A stretch of DNA of 60,749 nucleotides, filler included, from Rhizaria sp. SCN 62-66 (Eukaryota): the NCBI GenBank assembly GCA_001724265.1. It is 2 parts of 2 records of this genome, joined end to end, with 100 filler letters (N's around TTAATTAATTAA, not from the genome) between each part and the next. Parts side by side here need not be neighbours in the genome. Positions count along the whole stretch, not along the records: positions 1 to 30,414 come from MEDY01000365.1; 1 more part is not named here. The stretch is one strand, 5' to 3'. The position numbers and the translations under genes were made by a program. This document shows, in pieces, positions 12,601-24,700 of this stretch (positions are counted from its first letter, which is position 1; every line of letters begins with the position of its first letter). A model generated the notes under the pieces. That model was not told the origin of the DNA and made no database searches. It saw nothing but the letters and a program-made list of their open reading frames with translations.

Positions 12601-15600
12601 TTGAGCTGGACCATTTGTCGAGCCATGTACTAAGACCAGCGTCACTTGAATCGGTGCCAACATGCATCTTCAAAGAGCTGCGATTCTTTTTGAGCACATT
12701 ACGAGCAAAATTTTTGCCGTTGTTGTGATCGTTACAATTACCTGCGTTGGTAGTGTACTCATTGCAGTATCCAGAGCTGTTGTTTTGCTTGCTAGTGCCA
12801 GTGACGTTGCGGTAGAGTGACCGTGGAGACTTAAGCAGCTGACCAGCGCCATTCTCGCTAATTACACTCATGCTGGTAAGGTTACTCGAGCTATTTGTGT
12901 TACGCCACTCGTTCTGTTGCTCATGAATATGCACAAGCTGAGACTGCTTGTTGGTGTTGCGTGGGCTTAGAACAGTACTATTCTCATCTTCTTCATTGCT
13001 GTCGCAATCATGGCGGCTGCTGTAGCTCGAGCTCCCATCACTGCTCGCATTGCAACCTTCACGGATCCCTATGTTATTGCCATCATTTGTCGAGAGCGCT
13101 TCCAACAGTGACGCAAACACAGTTGCGTGAACAACAGAGAGAGCTGACAGTTCATGGCCAAAGATGGAATTTGCGTCCGGGCTTGCTGAAAGCGCAGTTG
13201 CGGCTGTTACCCTGAGACGTGCCAGCAAAAGCGGGTGGCAACGAAACAGCACAGCTGACCGTGACTGCAGTTGCGTCTGAGAGTGCACGCTGTTGGTTTT
13301 GTAACGAGGACCACACGCGTTAATAAGTGCAATTTCCCATAAAGGACCCTCCGCTTCAGCCATCACTTCAGCTTTTGCTTTATCGCTGGCCTTTACGGCA
13401 GCTTTAACGGCCTTAACAGCCGCTGCAGCAGCCGCAGTCGTTGATCCTGCTGTGCCTGCTATTGCTGTTGCATTGGAATTCGCGCTCGTAATCGCAGTAG
13501 CCGCCGCGGCAGAGGCGAACTTAGCGGCATTGACGGCGGCAGCAGCGGAGACAGTGAGTTGTTTCAACGAAGCAAGCGGCTTGACAGCAACAAGCGATAC
13601 AAAGGCCTGCAGCGCATGCTGTGTAGGCAACCGCAAGTAGTCACTGTTTTCGCTATTTTCATTCTCACGAGAGCAAGTTTTCGTATTGTCTGCGCTACTA
13701 ATACTAATACCGTCCTCCTCTTCTTTGTTAGACTCACAGTTGCGTCCATTAGCACCAGATCTGCCTTGCCACTGTTGCTGTTGCTCTTGGAATTGTTGCT
13801 GCTGTTGCTGCGTAAATGCAAACTGCGACAAGGACAGCGAGTAGTTGCGACTGCGTGACTGTGTGAATGGCTGTGAGCGTGACTGAGCAATGGTAGTGAC
13901 CAACGCCGCTGCGGTGGGAAATAATGCTGCTGCTGAAGTAACACGAGAAGATAAGTTTAGTTGCTTTGCTGACGACCAGAAGGTAAGCCGCATGGCACTA
14001 TAGTCACACGCGTTGTTAGTACCCGTGTTGAAACTAGAACCGCGTGAACGGCATAAGGAAAACCTTGCTGATGGTTTGCTGATTGTAACATCAGCATTAA
14101 CAGCATAGCTACTTATATCACCAGCAAGAATTGCACTTGCGTCAGGAATGCCTGCAGACCTCGATCTATTATTTCTCACAGTCTTAGAGCTCTTATTCTT
14201 TAGAGCAGCCTGATTGCTGCTGGCACCATCTAAGGGCTGCTTCGACAGGTCTAAGGGTGCCTCCGCGAGCGGCCCCGCACGCCAGTCGCTCCACACGGCC
14301 TCCGCGACCGCGGCCCGAAGCTCGTCTAGAGTGACCTCGCGCGGCAGCAGCAGCAGCAGCGTGTGCGGCGAACACTGGCAGCGCGGGGACAGTGCGCAGC
14401 AGCAGGGCGGCAGCCAGGCCGGTAGTGGCACTGGCAACGCTGTGGGGGCTGTAACGGTCACCGTGGCTTTCGTTGTAGCTGCGGCAACATCAGAGAGATT
14501 CGAAGTGGCTTTAGTAGGACTGCTGCGCGCGCAAGCCTGACTGTGAGCACATGAATGACTGTGAATGCTGCAGTGTTGAGCCGCAGAGCCGTGGCCTGGC
14601 TAGCAAGCCAGGCTTAAAGAGGCGTTGAACATGCTACGTTGTGCTTGCGGTGTAGAGGTCAACACGTTCACTTGCGGGGCAGCGCTGGTGTAGGTGTGGC
14701 ATCCGCCCACATCAGTATACGTGTAGTTGTTGGCATTTGAGACACGGGCATGGTGGGTGCCCGTCTCTGGCGCCAGCTGCGACTGCAGCTGCTGCTGGTG
14801 TTGTAGTTGGAGCGACTGCCAATGAGACGGAAAGGAGACTGAAATCGGGGTTGTGTCCGAAGTTAAGACGCCTGGCGTGGCTTGGGGAGACGCAGATAGA
14901 GACACACTGCTTGCCGCTGCGCCATTGTTGACGACAGCAGCAACGGGTTTGAATGCTGTGGTTGCAGTTTGAGGTTGCTGTCCGCAAGGCTGCAGCGTTG
15001 CGCTGTCAGTTTCCTCTCCAGCACTTGTTGAAATCGTAGTCATCTTGGGCTCTGGTGCTGCTGCTGTTACTTTGGCAATCAGATTAGTTTCACTACTGCC
15101 TTTTGCGGTTGTGGCTGCTAATGCCAACTTTGCAGCCTTTGGCTGGACTGGCAGCAGTGGTGGTTTTACATTAGCAGCGCACACTTTGGCCTCAAGCTGA
15201 GGCTCCTCGTCAATGCCTTGAAGTAAGATGCGTGTTGCGCCGCTTGCCGTGAGCCTCAGCATTACTTTGCGACCACCAGGCGCCGGCAACGGAGCGGGAC
15301 AGGCGTTACCAGCGCATATAACATTGGTGCTGCCACTTGTGTTAGCGCTCGATATTGTCGCGTTGTTGCAATAATCGAGTGAGTCAATTGACATAAAGGA
15401 GTCGATGCTGTTGATTGACGGGAAAAACAACGAAACAGGAGACGGAGGCTCAGCCTCAGCCTCAGCTTTAGCCCCAGCATCACAGTCCTTCTGAATCAAC
15501 TCATCATTGTTCGCGCTGATGCCACTCGCATGCCCGTGTTCTTCACGCTCACAGTTGCCGCCGTGACCGATATTTGCGTCAGAGCTGTTTGATTGTGAGC

Positions 15601-16912
15601 GTGAGCGCGAGCACGTCCGCGATTGCCAATGCTGTGATTGGAGCTGCGACGGTGATCCTCGATGCGACAGCGACGTCGGTGAGAGCACTGCAACTACTTC
15701 GGCCACACATCTCTCTTCGTCACCAACAACAAGGCTGCTACTGTTATTGGCTTCGTTGATTGCAGCAGAGGCAATAGGACCTGTCCGTACTCCAGCGTTG
15801 CCACTCTGAGCCATGTCACTTGTCTCATTAACGTCAGTATCATCAGTATATGTACCGCCAGAGACCATGTAAGTGCCAACAATGTCGGTTTCCAGCTGGG
15901 GGGCTGCTGCTGCCATCCGCATTGCGCCGCGCACGCTCAGATTAGCAGCGGACCGACTTACAGTTGGAGTGCTTACACAGTAGGTACTTACATGAGCACT
16001 CGCTTCTGTCGTGTTAGTTTCGTTATGCTGTTGCAGAGTTTGCTGCTGCTGTTGATGCTTGACTTTGCTGCTACTTTTTGCTGCGCGGCTTGTCGGCGCT
16101 AGCGCCCTGGCAGGCGTAAGGATGTCTGATGTCAGTACTAGTGACGCCGCTGCAACAGCGTTCATAAGCATCGCGTGTCGACGCTGCTGCGACACTGCGC
16201 TCAGCAACGCAGCCGAGCCCACGCTCACATCGCCGCAGTTAGAAGAAGTCCTTGCGCTGCCGTTGTTTTGCGAGTATGTTCTGAGAGCGCTGTGTGTCAG
16301 CTTAGTTAGCGCAATCAAACTTTCATCTTTCTCGGAAACGTTAGAGCTTAAGCCAGTGGCTGCCAAGGCCAAGCCGACAGTCACCGCTGTTACTTGTGTT
16401 GCAACTGATGCTACCGTTGTTGCCGTTGTAGCTGCTGTTTGTGTGACAAAAAGCGCTGTTTCAGCTGCCGCAGTGACTGCAGCATCGACTGAGTCAAACT
16501 CAACGCCGCTGCATGCATTCACGCCGCTGTTGCCAAGGTCCACCAAGTCTGCGCGGTCCCGCTCGGATGCCTGACTCGCGCAGTTGCACGTGCGCGCAGC
16601 GTACGCGCACATGGCTACCACGCCCGTTACTACGGCCCTTAGAGTCCTTGCGACGGCCATGAGCAGCAGAGCACACAGCAACAGCGCCAGCGAGAGCGGC
16701 AGCAGCACGGCGTAGCCGATCACTGAGAGCAAAAGCGCGGGGACCGGGTGCGGCGCCGCGGCCGCAGTTGCGGCAGCGGCGGCGGCGACGGCCGCGGGCG
16801 AGGAGAGGACATAGAGGTGGACGGCATTACTGGCAGTGCTATGACTGGCACTGGTATCGCCGTCTGAGTTGTGAGGGTTAAGTGAGGGCAATGGGGACAA
16901 TTGTGCGCTCAT
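9644..16912 (-). CDS. ~2420 aa protein with an N-terminal TM segment and dispersed, degenerate WS/DGAT-like motifs; reads through in-frame TAGs at 14602-14600 and 11080-11078
   Basis: Three consecutive ORFs (777, 1127 and 462 aa) share one frame, separated only by single TAG codons with open coding-like sequence after each; final stop TAA. PLWEIALI...AVLFRCHP and IAISVTT...LKAGVALD resemble WS/DGAT motifs (family call tentative). Confidence 0.7.
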
Positions 16913-17624
16913 TTTCCACGCAAAGTTGCGCAAAAAAGTGTTTAACGCAGCTAAGACCGAATACCTTAGCGCCAGTCAAGTGGTTTTGCGACGAGCAGAT
17001 TCTGATGTGTTATGCGTTTAAGTCGATGCAAGCCTTGATAAACCAGCAAAAGGGTTGAAAACTCCTTGTTTGCTGTATAGAACAAGTAAATAAGTTGAAT
17101 CAAAGAGATACAAATTTGATCAATCGATGAGTTATCTTAAGATATCAAGACGGAAAATAGAGTTCTAAGTGTTGCTGCGCAGCAATAAACAAGTGCAAAC
17201 GCTATTTCGCATAGAAGCCGCACATGGTCAGCACCAGAAACTTAAAAACTACATTAAAACAAAATTATGCCACAAAAGCTGACATTGCACCGCTTAATTT
17301 TCAGTCAAACAAATATTTGTGCTTAGTTTCGAGATGAATGCATTTGGAAGATCCGTTGCTTTGCCGTCACACAGTGAACACGACATCCTTGTCAGATACT
17401 CACAGATACCGAAGTTTCCGTGGAATATAATTAAGGTATTTGATTTAAAAAAATATTGAATTAATAATACTAAGTCAATACTGCTGTTAACGGATGGTGG
17501 ACGGAGATTATGTCATTACCAATCTCGACGCTCGATCGAGCCTGCAATTTGGCGCCTGCGGCCCTGACCACATTCGGAGGTATACACGACGGTAGCAGCA
17601 GCCTTTAGAGGTATCAACGTGGTG

Positions 17625-18440
17625 ATGAACGAAAAAATAATTCAACACTACTTTGACATATTCCCTGATGAAGTGTCTTTGATCAACCGTGTCATCCAGG
17701 CCCGCGTCTTTGGCAAGTACGTCCCACCATGCACCTGAATCCGCTCTCGTCTCTTCTCCGTTTGTGCTTGTCTGCTCTCATGATTGCAGAATTGCTTTTG
17801 CTTATAACCCGTCTTTGTGCAGAATTACAAGCATTGACCCGCTGGCCAAGACGGCCGTGTTATCGTACAACAACGCGGCCTTGCTCGTGAACATCGCGCT
17901 GATGCCGCAGAGCACCGGCGCCAACAACGCCAGCGCCGGCGGCGGCAGCGCCTTCAGCAGTGCCGTGCTCGCACAGGCCGACGTCGAGCACCAGCAGGCC
18001 CCGCTCGTGGTTGACAGTCTCTATTTCCTACACGGCACGCTTGAGCCAGCCATTCCTGGGGTACGTCTATCTCGTTTGCGCAACAAAACACATGTCACAA
18101 ACACTCTTGCGAACAGCACTAAAGGAGTCATATCTCGTCAGTATAAAAGAATTTGATTATAATCCCTCGTCTACATGTATTTTTGTATATGATATTTGCT
18201 AAAACAAAAACAATACGATTTATGTGTTAAATCGTTGTTCTTTGCCCCCCGCAGCGATCCGAGGCCGTCTTCTCCCCGTTGCTCTGCCGCCGCGCAGACG
18301 GCGTGCACGCGGGCGCGCACGCCGCAGCCATCGCGGCGAAGCGCGCCATGCTCTGGGCTGCGGGTGCTGTGCTGCCCATCCCCGCGCCGGCCGCCGGAGC
18401 CCATGCCCAGCCCCAGCAATAGCAGCAGCAGCAGCTCTAA
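17625..18440 (+). CDS. TEN1: CST complex subunit TEN1-like OB-fold protein; exons 17625-17716, 17823-18060, 18255-18440; in-frame TAG at 18420-18422 inside a poly-Gln tract
   Basis: Spliced product DIFPDEV...ARVFGKITSIDP...LLVNIAL...DSLYFLHGTLE...LCRRADGV...AIAAKR parallels the TEN1 pattern (LRTFGRL, GSLYxxxGEL, xEGM/DG). Both introns are GTACGT...GCAG and preserve frame. Confidence 0.75.
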
Positions 18441-18622
18441 TACATATACACGTCATCTTGGCCACCTTGACTCATCTCAACATCGCAATAATGAGCAATC
18501 AAAAGTCTAGAAAGAACCTTAACTTAAAAACGACGTAGTTAGTACACATTGCACTCACTTGTTGTCTGCCTTAGCGCTTAGACGTGATCGACAACTCTCT
18601 CAATCTCACAGTGGCCGCTGCT

Positions 18623-19868
18623 TCAGGCGTCTGAGGGCCCGTAGTTGCCTCCGCCGATGCCGCGGCCCATGAGCTCAACGCCGCTCGCGCCGCCGTTGAC
18701 CGCGCCCGGGCCGCCACCGAAGCCGTTGTCGCCGTCGAGCCCCAGCCCGCCGAGCCCGCCGTCGTCGCCGTTGCCGTCGAGTAGCAGGTCGTCGTAGTCG
18801 TCGTCTGCGTAGTCGAGCATCCACGCCTGCTCCTGCGCGCCCGCCTCGAGCAGCGCTTGCGAGGACGAGACGGCAGCGGCCGCGGCGGCCTGCTGCGCTG
18901 CGTAGAGCGCCTTCTGCACCTTAAGCGCCTCGATCTGCTTCTCCAGTTGCACGGACTGGAGCTGGTAGTAGCTGCCCAGAAAGGCGACGAGGAAGAAGAG
19001 GTTGATGAGGAAGACGAAGAGCGCCGAGACGCCGAACTCGGTGCGTAGCGGCGACAGCGAGGCCAGCATGCCGCCGAAGACGTCGTCGCGCGTCAGGTAG
19101 AGCTTGCCGTCGCACATCGAGTCGAAGATGCGCTTGACGCGCTCGGTGAAGGACACGTCCTCCTTGAGGTGGACGAACTGCGGTAGCTCGCTCATGTACG
19201 TCAGGAACTGGTCGTAGGTGACGCCGTGGATCTTCTGCGGGTCCTCGCTGGGCTTGAGCGAGGCCGAGGTGTAGATGCCGTCGCTGTGAGAGCGGATGTA
19301 GCCCGTGGCGAGCGAGGCGTCCGACAGCGTCATGCACGCGAGCGTGAAGAAGAGGACGATGATGACGAAGGGCACGATGCCGACGAGGCAGATGCGCAGG
19401 CGCGGGGTCGTGCGCAGCGAGAGGTAGGAACGCTGCGTGTGCTGGCGCAGGCCGAGAATGCAGCAGCCGATAATGAGCGAAAAGGCCAGGCAGATGCCAC
19501 AAAATACGGCGAGCACGATCGCGAGACTGTCGTCAGTCGTGAACAACGCAGCAAACAGCGAGAGAGCAGCATAGAAAAGCAGTGAGTGGAGATGGTATTT
19601 GGCGTCGCACAAGAAAAGTGACAGTCTAAGGAAATAAAAAATGAATATATATGAAAGATGATTCCGGTATAAGGCTGTATCTTGTCGTTTTGACGCACTC
19701 TGTGTCACCGACAAGCCAGTTGACGGCGCCCCAGTTGAGGAACATGAAGACGGCGGAGGTGATAAGGCCGGCGTTGGCGACCCACACGCAAACGATGAGG
19801 GCGACGACCCAGTAGTTCACCGGGGTTGCCTTGGGACTCCACTCGTGCTGTGGCTCGGACACAGCCAT
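18623..19868 (-). CDS. Four-TM membrane protein with tetraspanin-like topology and an acidic/Gly-rich tail; exons 19868-19699, 19526-18623
   Basis: Three hydrophobic segments, a ~90 aa loop, then a fourth TM (FGVSALFVFLINLFFLVAFLGSYY). Intron GTGCGT...GACAG keeps frame; ends in TGA. Confidence 0.7.
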
Positions 19869-21429
19869 TGGAGCAGGCTAGGAGTTGCAGTGCAAGGGCG
19901 AGGCAGCAGAGTGAGAAGCAGTGAAGGGGAGAAACGAAGTGAGGGCGAGACGCTTTTGTGGAGGAGAAGCAAAAGTGTAACAAGTGTCTCATCAATGCGA
20001 AGATATATGCGCTACTGAGGTGTCCGGAAAAAAGATCTTTGAGGCTTAAAGAGCATATGCGTGGGTGTGGAAAGCGAGCGAGTGGCAGCGATGAGGCGAG
20101 CAAGGCGGGAGTCAAAGGAGCACTTCTCACCCCCAAGATACTGACATTATACGCAGGCCTGCATCGCCAGAGATATTACACGTTTAAAAAAACAACGCAT
20201 AAATGTCCAAATCGCGCTCTATTCGCTGTTTAAACCGGTAGAGTATGCTACTGAAGCCCTTGATATCTGCCCTTGTCGCCGGCCCTGCCAGCCCCGACCT
20301 GCCACATCCGACCAGACATGAGTAACTATGGCAAATGATGAAAATACAAAAGGTATCTCGATGTGGCTGCGACGACACAAAGCAGATTTCGGGTATTTTC
20401 CTTCATATGCAGCATAAAATAGCGGGACTAAATTTTGTTTGCACTGGATAATGATATGCTTTAATTGACTGACGAGTAACATGGTAACGCCATGTTGCTG
20501 ATAAAAGATGATGGAGATAACATGATACATGTATCTTTATTATGTTTGCTTTACATATCCAGAGACTGTACTGTACATGCATAGCTTGAATAGCATATGC
20601 GCAGTTAAAGTCGCCATTCGCGATCTACAGCTGTGTAGATGCGAGCGAAAGGGACAAGGAGGCACAACGGAGGAGTGACAAGAGGAGTAGCGCTGACATG
20701 ATCAGCAACCAACGATCAAACCAACAAAAAGGACAAACAGAAAGACCAAGATCAAAGTACAACCACCATACATGCCAAATCGAAAACAACAACACTGCCA
20801 ACAACAAAGAACAAGACCACGCAGACAATAACGCAGACGTAATCTTGTTGTTCGGAAGCATTTGCTTGTGTTTTGAGTACGTAGTTTGGGAGAGGTATGA
20901 TGGTTTTAGTAGTGATGATAGAAAGAATAATAATACATGTAAAGTGATTATAATAACAAATACAGACTAAGCAACCTCCACTTTGGTTGAGCTCGAACAT
21001 ATACACAAGGGTACATATACGAGCACAAACAAGGAGAAGATAGGGTGGCATATAAACATAATTTGAAAAATGATCAGGACATCAACATAAAAACAACAAC
21101 AAATACACATATACTATAACATTAACAAAATATGGTAGTTCGAAATAAAACTCTAACCCTAAAGCGAACGGCGTTGCCGAATTAACCCTTAAGCTTAACA
21201 ATAATTTTTAGTGTAAATGTAAACACATTTTTTCCCATTTAAAACAACTAAACTAAAACTGCTCTGTTTTTAAGTCGAGTACAAAAGACTTCAAGAGCTT
21301 CAAACGAGACAAATTAAGTCAAGTGATACGTGATGAGTACAAGCGGTATTTTTAAGTTAAAGAAATAACCACCGCTCGCTCTCCTTCGACGCTGAAACGG
21401 AGGTACTTAGTAGAGCGAGGTCTGAGGAC

Positions 21430-21728
21430 TTAGATCGCAGCCATCTGGACCTCGCTGCTGGCGTGGTCGGGGCCGGTCGCTGTGGCCTCCTGGTGGCGCG
21501 CCCCGCGCGCGTCGCTGCCGCTGCCCTCGCGCGGGCTGGCGGGGGGCGAGGCGGCGACCTTGCCGCTCTTGCTGCCGCCCTTGCCCCCGAAGCACAGCAG
21601 CGACTTGAGGTAGCACACAATGAACGCGATGATGATCAGCACCACGCAGACGGGGACGACGACGGCGACGATGATCGTCGTCGTGTCGTCGCCGCCGCCG
21701 CTCTTGCCGTCACCGCCGTCACCGCCGT

Positions 21729-21759
<31 letters not shown>

Positions 21760-24700
21760 GCCGTCGGTACTGTAGGAGCCGGTGCCGACCGACGCGGGCA
21801 GCTCGTCGCCGTCCTCGGCGTTGGCGTCGCTCACGGTCACACCGGCCGCGGCGTTGACGCTGGTCGCGCCCGCGGCTGCGAGCGCGGCGCCGTTGTTGGC
21901 GCTGGTGTCGGTCGTGAGCGTGGTGATGCCTTCGTAGAGCGAGGACATGCTGCCGCCCGTCGCCGTCGCCGCCAGCGTGCTGAAGCGCGCCGCGAGCGCG
22001 GCCGACAGCGACGCCGACAGCGAAGGTAGGCGCGCGAGCTCATTGGGGCTGGCCGTGTCCGTGGGCAGACGCCAAGACTCGGAGCACGCGGCATCGTTGG
22101 TCACGTCCAGCTCGAACTTGAACTGCTTGTACTTGGCCGAGAGCTCGACGAGGCGCGCGGCCTGGACGCGGACGGCACTGTCGCTGTCTCCATTGGGGCC
22201 GGACATGACGGTGGCAATGCTAGCGCCAGCCTTGGCGACCCAGGTGGCAAAATTGGCCTTGAGCGCGGCGTTGAGCGTCGAGCTGGCCGAGACCCAGAGC
22301 GTGTCTGCCTTGCCCATGAAGGCGACGAGGCCCAGCGTCACGACGCGGCACTTGCAGTCGCTGTCGGCGGCGAAGCCCGGCTCGCAACCGCAGCTGCCGC
22401 AGTCAGCGCTCGCCGTGCCCAGGTTGTGGCACGTCCGGGTGCAGGTCTGGCAGGTGTCGCCGGTGTAGGCGTCAGGACACACGCAGCCGCTGCTGCACTT
22501 TGCCTGGTTGTCGCTGCCGAAGTAGCCCGTCTTGTAGCCGCCGTTGGCGCACATCGAGGTCAAGCCCGGGCACGTCGCCTCGGTTGCGCGTTCGCACTGG
22601 TCGCCGGTGAAGTAGTCGACGTTGCTGCTGTCGTCATCTTCGTCGTCGTCGTCGTCCTCATCCGGGTCCGGGACGCGGCACACGCAGGTGGCGCGCGAAG
22701 TCTCGGCGTCGACGGTGCACTCGGCCGTCGTAGCAGGCTTGCACCGCTTCGTGTCGCATGGCGTGATGTCGCACGCGGCGCCAGACCAATCGCCCAAGCA
22801 GTCGCAGACGCCTGTGGACTCGTTGCACGTGCCATTGTCGCCGCAGAGTCCAGCGCAGGCGGCGTCGACGGTGACAGCCGCGTCGGAGGTGGCCGTGAAC
22901 TCGGCGGTGAGCACGCCCTTGGCCTTGTACGACTGGCCGGCAAGCAGCACCGACGCGGCGGGGCGCGGGAAGGTGAGCAAGTAGGTCGTGCCAAACATGT
23001 CGACCAGGGTGTCAGTGTTGGGGGCGTAGGCGGTCGCGAGCACGATCTCGGTGGCCGCGGCGGCGGTCGAGACGAGCGAGATCTTGAGCTTGGGCTGCGG
23101 CGACGCAGCGGGCTGCGAGACGAGGAACTCATAATTGTCGTTGGTAAAGGTCAGCTCGATGGTGACCGAGTCCGCCGTGACCACAGGGGCGGAGAGGACA
23201 AATTCGGAGGAGGAGTCGCACTAGGTGCCCACGTAGTATGGCGAACACTCGCACACCCCGTCGACATCATCCTACAAACACGGCCGAGAAAGCGAAAAAA
23301 GACAGAAACGGACAAAAGTGAGTGAAGATAATCGATCAACCTTACGAATAACGTATTTCAATAATTGTCCAATTTTGAAGAGATATTGTAAAGATTTGTG
23401 TCTCGAAGATGATGTGAGAACGCACCTGCCAGCGGCCCAGGCCGTCGTACTTGCCCGAGAGCTTGCACGAGCCATGGTCGCACCTCGGCGTGCCATCATC
23501 ACTATATTTGATCCAGTCCTCGCACTCAGTGTACGACGGCAGGGGCGCCTCGATGCCAGCGCAGAGGGCAGGGACGACGACATCGCCATCGCTCGACATG
23601 CAGACGTAGTCCTATTAGTATCAGCAAAAAAAAACACCATCAAAAAAACAAAAACAATATCAAACAAAGTCAGGAAGAGCATAAGTGAAAGAAACCAGTT
23701 TCCGTGCATCGTTCGGTCGAATATATAATATTGGTATTTTTCAATATATGTGCTAATAATTATCAGCAGCGACGTACCTTATACGAAGACTTGCGGCACC
23801 CCTTAACGGATGAAGGGCAGGTGGCAAAGTCGTCCACCTCCCACTTGTAGGTCACTGTAGTGTTGCAGGCAGGCAGGTAGCAGGGGAACGTGAGCGTGGT
23901 GTTGGCTGCGGCGCCGCAGAGCGTGCTGGACACGATGTTCTTGCCGTGGTCCATGCACACGGCCTCGGTTACAATGCCCTCGATCTCGTTCTCGGGGTCG
24001 GGCTGGCACGTGTAAGTCTCGCCGTCCTTCTTGCACTTGCTGTCGATGCGCGCGAAGATGCCACATGACGTCTTCACAGTCGTGCAGTTGGCCGAGAGCG
24101 CGGGAGCCGTGCCGCCGCACTGCGCCGTGGGCACCTGGTGCCCCGCAAACATGCAACGCGCCACGCGCGTCGGGCTCACGGGGCGCTCGATGCAGCCCGT
24201 GGTGGGGCACTGTTCGGCGAAACCGCCCAGGCCGTCGTTGTCGGAGCAGGGTACGGCCGTGGACGCCGCGGCGCCCGTGGCGTGGCACATCCACGTCGCG
24301 GCCGCGCAGCCGGCCTCGCTGGTACACGTGTGCACGAGCTCCGGCACGGGCGCGTAGGCCGCGCAGGGCTGCAGCAGCGCGGCGGCGCGGCCGTGCGACT
24401 GAGTGAAGCCCGCGAAGGTGTAGTTAACGGTGTTGGAGACTGCGCGCATGACGCAGCGCGCGGCGCGCGTCTTGAGCGCGCTGCCGCAGGCGTCGGTGCA
24501 CGTGAGCTGCGCGAGGTCGACGGCCGACTCGTAGCACGAGAGCCACGTGACAGCGCCGTCGTCGAGCGAGCCGTCGTCGGGTGCCAGCGCACACTGCCAG
24601 AGGTACTGGTCGCAGTGGTACGACGCGCAGTCGCGGACCGTCGTGGGCGGATTGGCCACGCCGCCGCACTTGCTGGCGTAGACGTCGGTCGACTTGATCA

